Assembly: GCF_006345805.1 (NCBI RefSeq)
Contig: NW_021834618.1
Coordinates: 1 to 46,887, forward strand
DNA: 46,887 nt
Source: Octopus sinensis
Lineage: Eukaryota
Reading direction: 5' to 3'
Every line of letters starts with the position of its first letter. Within the stretch, counting starts at the first letter, position 1. Both the position numbers and the translations under genes were made by a program. Below, piece by piece: positions 36,237 to 46,887 of this stretch. The notes under the pieces are model-generated. The model saw only the letters and a list, made by a program, of their open reading frames with translations. It ran no database searches and was not told where the DNA came from.

Positions 36237-36453
36237 CATATGTATGTTATATATATATATATATATATACGCATGTGTATAACTTTACATGTACATGCAA
36301 ACACCAACACTCGTATATACTCATGTATACACACATATACATCTATGCATCCACACACACACGTACACGCGCACTTATTTTTCTTCCTCTTTCTCGATTG
36401 CCCTGCTCCTTTCTCGATTGCCCTGCTCCAAAACAAACAGCATGATTGAATAG

Positions 36454-36490
<37 letters not shown>

Positions 36491-36775
36491 CTATCCTTTT
36501 CCTCTTTTATTTTCTTTTTCGATTGTCCTTGGCCTTAACTTTCTCTCTGTTTCCCTTTCTACAAAAAGACAAAAATAATACTCTGCTTATAAACAACGCG
36601 AAAAACATCGAATTCACATGAAAGAACGAAGAAACGTTCTGTTGTTATAATTTTGGTCTCGAAGAGTCCAGTTAAAGGAACGAAAGTGCTAATAAAGAAT
36701 TATCCCAAAGTTCTGGCCGCCTAATTTTTCTCAATATGCAAAATTTGTATACCATTTCAAATACTATACATATAT

Positions 36776-36810
<35 letters not shown>

Positions 36811-37123
36811 GCATATATATTTGAATGTGAGTTTTTGTGTGTGCGGACGCTTCAATGTGCATGTATGTATGTATGTATGTGTATGTATATATATATATTT
36901 ATATAATACAATTGTTAAGGGGAATGACCACTAAAGTGGATTCCTATACGCTAGAGATAGACGTCAAATCGCCTTGCCATAAAGTGTGTGTTCTCAAGAA
37001 AAAACACCAGTAAATGCCAAAATGTAAAAAATGAGCAAATCAAATGAAATTTTATAAAATATAACGATTACCTACGTATCATGATTTCATTATTAATACT
37101 TTTAATTACATATATATAATTAA

Positions 37124-37156
<33 letters not shown>

Positions 37157-37185
37157 GTAAAAGAGAGAGAGAGAGAGAGAGAGGA

Positions 37186-37222
<37 letters not shown>

Positions 37223-37416
37223 AAATATATAAAATATGAATTAGAATTAAAACCACTATTAGGCAAGTCAAACAATGAAAGACATAAACCAATACATAAG
37301 TAACAAATAATATAAATATAATTAATATAATATATAATATATATATATAAAATATGAATCTTTTTTTTAAAACCAAAACGCATAAAAAGAATAATAAATA
37401 TAATATAATAAAAAAT

Positions 37417-37516
37417 CTCTACGTACGTTTCATGGCTATAATTAAATTCGAATTACATTAAGTTTAAATTTAATTGAAATAAATTCGAACTAAAATTATA
37501 TTCAATCATCAGGTTA
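37417..37516 (-). ncRNA. Hammerhead ribozyme in the PLE 3' pseudo-LTR (stem I degenerate)
   Basis: Minus strand: aac-CTGATGA-t tg..tataatt..aattata..ca t-GAAAC-gtac-GTA-gag. Same stem III and position relative to the terminus as in E1. Confidence 0.6.
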
Positions 37517-37815
37517 ATGATAATAGTTAAATAAATAAGCAAATAGAGTTAAACAATATTTTTTAAGAAATAAATAAAATAATTTTTGTTATAAAAAATG
37601 TCCATTGTAGTCAATGGACTCAAACCACATACAGAATTGCAAACACAACACTACTATCATTAATTAATATATTTATTTAATTTATTTAATTATTTAATTT
37701 ACAAATTAGAAGCTTAAAACGTTAGGATTGTGTAATACAACCCATTTGTTATGTTAAATATTTATTTTCAAGGTAAAAAAATTGATAGAAATATGTATTT
37801 ATCTATGAAGATAAT

Positions 37816-39140
37816 AAATTAATTAATCCATTATTACTTACATAAATATTAATTATTAATATAATATATTTATGAAATACATTAAAAAATTCAAGATTAA
37901 AAATCAAATTATAAACGTATAAACTATCTTAAAAGAACCGTATAACTATTTTACGATCTATATATCTCGTTGGATAAGTAATATCTTACAAATAACATAC
38001 AGTTATAATCTAATAAATAAATGCATATCATCAACAACTATATAATTATAGATTCAAATTAACAATCAGTAGTTATATAGTATACAATACAATACAATAA
38101 AACGTTTTAAAATATCTTTAAAAATCTCAAATAGAAAAGGTTTACTTAGCTTTCAAAAATCGTGTCCTTAACTAAAATTATGATAAACAGATGGAAAACT
38201 ATTTTAACAATGAAAGCTACGAATATATTTTATCAATGAAAATTACGAATAAATATTATCAATGGAAAATACGGCTATATTTTAGCTATAATGTATAAAG
38301 AGAACAAAGTCTCTATTAGAGATATCTATGATGATATAATATGGATGTAAAAAAACATAATAAACTCACAAATATCCTTAACTCATTTATAGTCCAATAT
38401 TTAATTACCACATTATAAAACTAAGTAATCACTATTCATATTTTTAGATTTAAGTTCACATCTAATAATTATGAAATATTTAAAAATAATGACTAATTTA
38501 TTATCAATAAATATTGTAATTAAAATCAAAAATTTACGCTATCAATAAATATATAGACATAAAATGAAAAATAAATAAATTAATTAGTCCAATATTACTT
38601 ACATAAATATTAAATATTAATATAATATATTTTTGAAATACATTAAAAAATTAATGATGAAAAATCAAATTATAAACGTATAACCTAACTTAAAAGAACT
38701 GTATAACTATTTTACGACCTATATATCTCGTTGGCTTAGCAATAATCTTACAAATAACGTACAGTTATAATCTAATAATTAAATACATATCATCAACAAC
38801 TAAATAATTATAGAATCAAATTAACAATCAGTAGTTATATAATATACAATAAAATAAAACTTATTAAAATATCTTTAAAAATCTTAAATAGAAAGAGTTT
38901 ACTTAACTTTCAAAAATCGTGTCATTAACTAAAATTTTGAAACGGAAAACGTCTTTTAAGTGTTTATAAGAATACTCATGGAATTACGTTATTAACAGAA
39001 ATAGAATAAACAGAGGGAAAATTCTTTTAACAATGAAAACTACGAATATATTTTATCAATGAAAATTATGAATAAATATTATCAATGGAAAATACGGCTA
39101 TATTTTAGTTATAATAGATAAAGAGAACAAAGTCACTATA
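37816..39140. repeat. Two ~520-bp diverged AT-rich tandem copies (period ~760 bp); also 37617-37700 repeated at 39871-39960
   Basis: ttacttacataaatatt...gagaacaaagtc occurs from 37816 and from 38577. ctcaaaccacatacagaattgcaaacacaaca occurs twice. Confidence 0.85.
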
Positions 39141-40819
39141 AGATATAAAATCACTATATATTATAAAATTTACAATTAAAAATAACTACAATAAATTATA
39201 CTCAATACTCTATAAATAAAATAATTTATATAACTACCAATATATATCCTCAAAAATCTTATAAAAATTAATTAATTTTATATAAAAAAAGGTAACGTTG
39301 TAGTCAAATCTTTATTTAAATAAAATAAAAGAATAGCTATTAGACACATCACATTCAAAATTAATTCAATAGTAATTCTAACATTATCTATATTATGACC
39401 ACTAATTAATATAAAACTATATTCTAACAAAATTCATTATATAATATTAATTAAATAAACATCTAAATAAATCTACACCGAAATATATAAAAAATACATG
39501 CATATTGATTAATTTAATAAATTTATTACAAACTATATAATTGACTGAAGTATAAAATAAATATATATTATATATCATATTAATAGTCAAAACAAATGCT
39601 AAACAATAACAAATTAAACTTATTATATAGGTAAACTAATTTATAGTTAGATCGAATACTTCGTTCTTTAATTGAATAAATAAGGTACATATCAACATTA
39701 TAAAAAAGTATTACAAGAAGAAAAAAATTATCATCCTATACATTCAAAATTGTAAACCATTAGTTAATCTATATTCATTAAATATATTAAATATTTAATA
39801 ATAAAATAAACATCTAAATATAATCTAACTATAAGTAATTAAAGAACTTTAACTAACTCTTATTGGCTAAGACTCAAACCACATACAGAATTGCAAACAC
39901 AACACAACTATCATTAATTAATATATTTATTTAATTTATTTAATTATTTAATTATTTATTTAATAATATTAAATTAAACATATTAAATCATGTAATATAT
40001 ATTATAAATCACATACTAAATTTTAGAATTAATACTAGTACATATAACTACAAATTAGGAATAAAAAAAGGTTTAAATATAGTTTCTATTTATGTGAAAA
40101 TTTATTATATAAGTAAAGTAATCTGTGTCTACATTTAATTTTACACTCGTCCAGTGTATTCTCTAAATTATTAAGTGCATTAAATAAAATTTCATTAAAC
40201 TCACAAGAACATAAATAACAATAATTGCTAGCTATACTATATTATTTGGCCTTACAAATTATCTCCCACTTTAAATTATACCTAGTTCTTTGGGATTTTA
40301 GCCCCCATATGTATTTGCTAATCCCTGTAGAGTTTATAAGATTTTTATTTTTAAATGAATGCATATGCTGTTCGATTTTAAATTTTATTTTAGAGGAAGT
40401 GGACCCTATATAAATGGCGTCTAAGTTATTATTATTCCTATTATTATATTTAATTAATGTAACTATACATTTATATAGAACATCGTTTAAAATCACATTT
40501 ATTATTAAGCATACAATTAGTTTTATCCCTACATGTACAATCAATGAGTGTCTTATCTTTATTATTATTGCCATGATTAAAAATTTTGTTTTACGAAAAT
40601 TATTCAATTTACATTTGTTAAAAGGAGAAATAATGTAACCTACAATATTAGTGTTAGAATAGCCTGCTCCAAGATTATCATTAGAGAAATGTTTTTTATA
40701 TTTACGATTATCATGAAGGAATTGTTCAATCATATCTAAAATCTTTTAAATAATGTTGGTTTTAACTTCGGCCCCATAAGGAACAATTAACCAAATTTTT
40801 CTTCTTCTTCTTCGTCTTA

Positions 40820-40837
40820 TGATTATTATTATTATTA

Positions 40838-40878
<41 letters not shown>

Positions 40879-40920
40879 GCACTATTATAATTCATCATAT
40901 CAATATTATCACCATTATTA

Positions 40921-40970
<50 letters not shown>

Positions 40971-41085
40971 ACTATTATAATTCATCATATTAATATTATC
41001 ACTATTATTATTATTATTATTTTTATTATTATAATTATTATTATTATTATTATTACTACCATTATTATTATTATTATTATTATTA

Positions 41086-41174
<89 letters not shown>

Positions 41175-41215
41175 TATTATTATTTTATTATTATTATTAT
41201 TATTACCATTACGAT
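40820..41215. repeat. (ATT)n expansion inside the PLE ORF (poly-Asn on minus)
   Basis: Directly visible. Lies between the RT thumb and the RRKIWLIVPY motif. Confidence 0.95.
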
Positions 41216-42040
41216 TATTTTATTTCCTTTTAATATTATAATTAATTTAATATTATAATTATCATTTATTGAATTAATATTAAAATTCGGCTTATTTCTA
41301 TTTTTATTTCTATTTTTATTGCCATTAGTACTACAATTATTAATATACTACTACAATTACTACTAATATTACTATCATAATTATTATAATTATTATTAAT
41401 ATTTTAAGTTTTATTTTTATTATAGAATTTAATATTATTATTATATCCTGCCTCTCGCAGGGCTTCATAAATATAACGTATATGTTTATTGAAAATCTGT
41501 AAATCATAAGAAAGTAATGATATTCGTTTACTTATAACGATTTTTTAATTGATGGTGGGTGATTACTATTAGCGTATATATCTAAGGTTTTCATTAAATT
41601 TATGATATGGTTGTGTTTTACCCGTTATTATATTAAAATTAATATCTAAATAATTTACATTATACTTCTCATTATATATGGTAATACTTAAACCATATCT
41701 TTTAAAGAAACTATAAAGTTTCTTTTTATATAATTCTAGTTTCCTATTAGTGCAATTCTTTGTAATTAATAAAAGGTCATCCCTATATAAACCAACCTCT
41801 AGTTTTAAATTTTCTAATTGAAGTTCAGATAATAGATAAATACCTACCAAATTCGTAGCTTGTGCAGAATCGGGTGCCCCCATAAGTATATCAAAATAGT
41901 CCCTAGTATCCTTCCTAGCCCATAATTTATTATCGTATCTAATAAACGATTTCCTAGACATTTTAATTACATTAACCTCGTCAAAAGTCCTTCCTACCTT
42001 ATTCATTGCGTATACTAGGGCCTTATTAAACACAATTTCA

Positions 42041-42244
42041 TTACTCTTTTAATTGTTTCAGTCATTTTACAGTGGCCATGCTGGAGCACCGCCTATAGTC
42101 GAGCAAATCGACCCCAGGACTTATTCTTTGTAATCCCAGAACTTATTCTATCGGTCTCTTTTGCCGAACCGCTAAGTGACGGGGACATAAACACACCAGC
42201 ATCGGTTGTCAAGCAATGCTAGGGGGACAAACACAGACACACAA

Positions 42245-42308
<64 letters not shown>

Positions 42309-42492
42309 TATATATATATACATATATACGACAGGCTTCTTTCATTTTCCGTCTGCCAAATCCACTCACAAGGCATTTGTCGGCCCGGGGCTATAGCAGA
42401 AGACACTTGCCCAAGATTCCACGAAGTGGGACTGAACCCGGAACCCTGTTGTTGGTTAGCAAGCTACTTACCACACAGCCACTCCTGCGCCT
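42041..42492 (-). mobile_element. tRNA-derived SINE (family B) inserted into the PLE RT
   Basis: Head aggcgcaggagtggctgtgtgg...gggttcagtccc (A and B boxes). It splits the RT motif FIQ..I.NYYSYI | EIVFNKAL. Confidence 0.9.
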
Positions 42493-43431
42493 AATATAAG
42501 AATAATAATTAGCTATACTTTTTTGAATAAATTTATATCGCTTTTTTCTTTAATATTATTAAACCAATTTAGACTATTATTATTACTAATCCATAAGTTG
42601 AGGTAGTTTAATTTATTTACTTTATTAATATATTTATCTAAAATGAGTTTACTCAATTTACCAAGGCTCGATTTACATGGACAAATTAATCTAACTTTAG
42701 GATCTGAATAAAAATTATCTTTATGGTCTTTCAAAGTAATTCTAAGATGCATAGGTACATAAGGTTCAGTTTTATTATCCGACTAATTGTTCATCATGAC
42801 AAATTTAGAGGCCTTGTTTATAGTATAAAGTGTATTATCTGGAACAATTTTATATTTTTTAATTATCTCTTTTACTAAAAGGTAATAGTATAATTTAACA
42901 TCCAATTTATATAGATTCCTAGTTTTATCTGATTGTACAATAATACCATCCATATTTCTCATTTCTTTAATTCTAATAGCTAAATTTCTTAAATATTCAT
43001 TATGTCTGTTTGGGTATTTATGAAATTTAATATTTTTCACCACCTTCCAAATATTATCTTCTAAGATCTGTAAATCTCTATTATATGGGACTTTTTTTTA
43101 GATTTAAAATTTGAATAAAAACATTAGTATTCATAATATCATTAAAATTAGATATATTATAGTTATAATAGTAGGCTTTCCATTTAACCCTAGAAACAAA
43201 ATCCTTAATATTATTAATAAGTTTCAAAATATATTCTTTCCTAGAGGGTATTGGAATATCCTTGTCATTCTTTATATACTTTTTGGTTAAAAAAAAATTA
43301 ATTTTATATTTTATATATATATATATTATATATTATATTAATTATATTTATATTATTTGTTATTTATGTATTGGTTGATGTCTATCAGTGTTTGAGTTGC
43401 TTAATAGTGGTTTTATCTCTAATTCATGTTC

Positions 43432-43449
<18 letters not shown>

Positions 43450-43505
<56 letters not shown>

Positions 43506-46500
43506 ATTATATATATATATATTATGTAATAATATGAAGTGTGTGTGTGCGCGCAGGGCGTATATGTAATTTCTAAACATCGTGGTTTGGAGTGAATAAC
43601 TTTTCTCTTGTCATATTGCAAAATCTTTAGAATGGAAGTGAATTAATTCACATCGAAAATTTACAAGAGTTTTCAAATAATACTCAATAGCATTTTAGCT
43701 GCAGCGCGCTACCAGTGTCAGTTAACTCTTGTCGAATGAAATGCTCATATGCTAAGCAAAATACTTTCATGGAATGTGACTAAATGAAGTTAATGTTTTA
43801 ACATAGTCCCTCTTACTGTCCACACTTCCATCAGTACGTGCAGTGCTTGGATCGCACTGGTGAAGACGCTATGCTGTTTGCTCAAAATAGTCACCAATAG
43901 CAGATAAAACGTCATCATCTATTCGATACTGGTGCCCAGCCGAGTGTTTTTCATGTTGAGAAACAGATGATAATCAGTTGGAACCAAATCACTAACATAG
44001 GTGACCAACCAGTTCAAATCCAGTCAAGCAATGCTGACATTGAAACCAAAGACTTGGGTGCTGAAGCATTGTCTTAATGAAACAAGATCCCATTTATCAG
44101 TTTATCTTGGGCGCTTGGTCTTGATAGACTTTTGTAACTACCTTAGCAAGTTTACGACTGATTCCGTGATCAGTTTGAACATAGTCAATAAACACAATAT
44201 TTTTTGCATTAACGTATAGTATATGTAATAATATGAAGTGTATTTTGTATGTTAAAATGTTTTGTATATTAAAATGTTTACCTTCGGAAATATATGAAGC
44301 GAATCAAACATAAGGTAGCGAAGATGTCCCTGTCTTAATTTAAGATAACCTCGCATGTGTCCTTCCTCATAACTTAAAGACGGACTAATAATAATTCTAA
44401 CTGCAATAGGTTATCTTGAATTGTGGATCAAACAGTCTGTGTTTTTTCTTCTGTTGTAGTATTCAGCATATAAGCTACCTAGATATATGGACATCAGCAG
44501 CCGTGGTTCTCTGCACTCCCACATGTGATCCCGTCCATTGTTGAAGAGCTGCGTAATCAGTTATTGCATAATCTTTCATGATTACAAATAAGTGAAAACC
44601 TCCAACAATCAAAGACCACGAACCTTTGTGGTGCCCAGTGTAATACACATTACCGGCGATGAAAGATCTCCATTTTCGTAGCTTCAAGTATATGGAAGAA
44701 GCAGAATAAACGAGAGCAGTTCTGGTCCTCTTGGGTAATAATCGAAAAAAAAACGGCCGAAATAGGGTTCCTACGAAGAGTGTTTGGAGAACGTTATTGT
44801 ATCGTGTGCGTATCCTGGACATCAGAGAGGTATTCTAGGTAGGGCATCTACTTCCCGATCATATTCCCGATACTACGGAAGTGAGGTAAGAATACATTAG
44901 GAATGAATCAATGGTCAGATTTTGCGGGCAAAACAACTGACAGGAAACCAGGGGTACATCATGAGCAAGTTGTCTGGAAAACATCAATGAGCTCGGTTAG
45001 TCTCTTTTCGGGTTCCAGCTGAATCAAATGGAGATGGTTAATTGTGACGGGACCCGGTGGAAGACAGGATCGAGCGTTCTTCCTCTATAATCCTTCCAGG
45101 AATTAAGCGGGTGAAGAAGATGAGTGGAGATTTACAGTCACAAATAATCCACACACATAAACACGTATACCTGTATATATTGGTTTCAAATGTTAGCACA
45201 AGACCAGTGATTCCGGTGGAGGGAGAAACACGATTACATCGACCTCAGTGTTCAACTGGTACTTATTTTATTGACCCTGAAAGAATGAAAGACAAAGTCG
45301 ACCCGGCGGCGTTTGAACTCAAAAACTAAGGACGAAAGAAATGTCCGGCATGCTAACCACCCTGCTAGCTCGTTGTCTGTAGATTTGTATATATTGATTT
45401 CAATTTTGGCACAAGGCCAGTAATATCGGGTGAGAGAAAAGTCCATTACATAGATCCCAGTGCTCAACAGGTACATATTTTATCGATCCGGAACGGATGA
45501 AAGGCAAAATCGACCTTGACGGAATTTGAACTTAGAACATGAAGACGGACGAAATGCCCCGAAGCATCTAGTCCGATGGGCTAGCGTTTCTGCCGCTCGA
45601 CACCTTTGTATATGTATTTGTTGATAGACAGAAAGGTATGCATACACACGCGCGCGCACAGACGCTGACACACACACACACACACACACGGACGCCCGCC
45701 GTCTGCACGTACGCACACACACACATTAATGTAAATGAATAGATTATATAAATAATTTTTTTTTTGTGTGCATGAGTGTGTATGCTATAGTGCATAAACG
45801 CCCTGGGGCAAGCTGCATGGCGCAAGTACATTCGCTCATATAAGCATCCGCACAAATGTCAGCATACGCACACCTGAGGTTTGGTGCACTCATAATCATT
45901 AAACGAGGTATCTCTCTACTTTATTTGTAAGATTGGGGAGGTTAAAAGTAAACTTAAGTTATCCATATCTTAAAGTAAATTAAATCGTTCCTATTGCATT
46001 GTGCGAAAGTGCATTTATATGCGTGTAGGCACCTCGAAATTCGTTTAGAAATTCTGTTAATGATCTTCTCGTAGTCCACGGAATAGACAGGGATTCCTCG
46101 GAGCAGAGACGGCATCCCCTGGAAATTATATTGTATAGTCTCGCATACCTTTCTATGGAACAATTTACTCTGTACTTCATTTTATCCATATTTTAATTGC
46201 CATACAAAATCTGCCAAAGATGCTGAATGTCTCTTATTGATTGTTTTAAAGCTGACTACATGGTTACAGTAACGATTCTTAAATGACTCATCCGTCTGCC
46301 CAATGTAAGTATATGGCCCCCCCCTTGTGTGCAGCGTACATTTATATACAAGATTTGTACTCGTACAGAGATTCATCAAAAGACATTTTGATTTTCCTCT
46401 GCATGAGCAGTTATCGTATTTATTTGTGTATAAGGCAGTCCCGACTCCATTTACCGACGTTGTTACCGTGTTAAATCTATCATATGTATTTCTACTACTA

Positions 46501-46887
46501 CAAATTGATCGTAATTGGCGTTTATCATTGCGGTTTATATCTCTTTGGTTGGTATTTAGATGCAAATATTCGCTAGATCCGGTACGTGGGTTATTGAAAC
46601 TTTGCCGCATTTTACTATTGCTTATTCGATGCATAAGCTGTTACAAATTAGCAGAGTTGGCATAAAGAGTAAAGATAGTATTATGATAGAAACCACAAAA
46701 CACGTCAAATAAAGCTATCCGAGTTTTCTTAATCGATATAATTTATTTCATCATTTTTCACTAGTCTGTTGACAGTTGACAAACAGCTTGAAAAATGAGG
46801 AAATAAATTCGAACAAGCTTCTGCGTTGGTATTCAGTTGAAGGTTATAGCGTTACTTTTAAAATCGAATTGAATTCTGGTCTTATAT
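43450..46887. repeat. Segmental duplication, copy 2 (second copies of the mariner ~43794-44216, LINE ~44812-45129, SINEs ~45182-45603 and PLE endonuclease ~45915-46675)
   Basis: Colinear with 1-3384, then jumps to the match of 4070-4147. Runs off the window end. Confidence 0.97.

Larger units (their letters stand above)
37215..43426 (-). mobile_element. Large decayed PLE (RT plus C-terminal GIY-YIG) with inverted 5' copy of its 3' terminus
   Basis: IKDFVSRVKWKAYY; IIVQSDKTRNLYKL; RITLKDHKDNF..VRLICPCKS; FDILMGAPDS..GLYRDDLL; RRKIWLIVPY..VKTNI; IYIGSTS..HSFKN..SKYIWGLK..KWEII. 43267-43426 is an inverted copy of 37237-37394. Confidence 0.9.

Noticed and set aside
42420-42492. tRNA-like sequence as a tRNA gene
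   Set aside because: It is the head of a SINE, continuing into the SINE body; no complete cloverleaf.
1-46887. Most ORFs in the six-frame track (poly-IY, HT, CV, LSIY, N, I runs)
   Set aside because: They are translations of (TA)n, (CA)n, (GATA)n, (CATA)n and (ATT)n tracts or antisense TE frames, with no domain signal.

Overview
AT-rich, microsatellite-dense animal DNA. The SINE families and repeat landscape look like an octopus/cephalopod genome (inference). The window is almost exactly one period of a ~43.4 kb tandem segmental duplication (1-4147 recurs at ~43450-46887). It holds one plausible host gene on the + strand, which I assembled by hand into 7 exons (6401-31812, ~224 aa): a predicted signal peptide, a Pro/Ser/Thr-rich stalk and one galectin-fold domain with substituted sugar-binding residues. 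An extra, splice-damaged galectin exon sits in intron 5. The rest is transposon-derived: mariner/Tc1 remnants, a decayed Gypsy element with LTR and tRNA-Ser PBS, tRNA-derived SINEs, and many Penelope-like element (PLE) pieces. The most striking unannotated signal is a set of type I hammerhead ribozymes (HHRs): six recognisable cores and three decayed remnants. They have palindromic stem III and a non-Watson-Crick 10.1:11.1 position. Most lie in small ORF-less elements with inverted ends, inserted in (TA)n tracts. Several of these elements share a terminal sequence with a large PLE at 37215-43426, suggesting a retrozyme-like non-autonomous family. Nearly all ORFs in the supplied track are microsatellite or TE artefacts. 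All alignments and folds were done by eye and coordinates of decayed elements are approximate.
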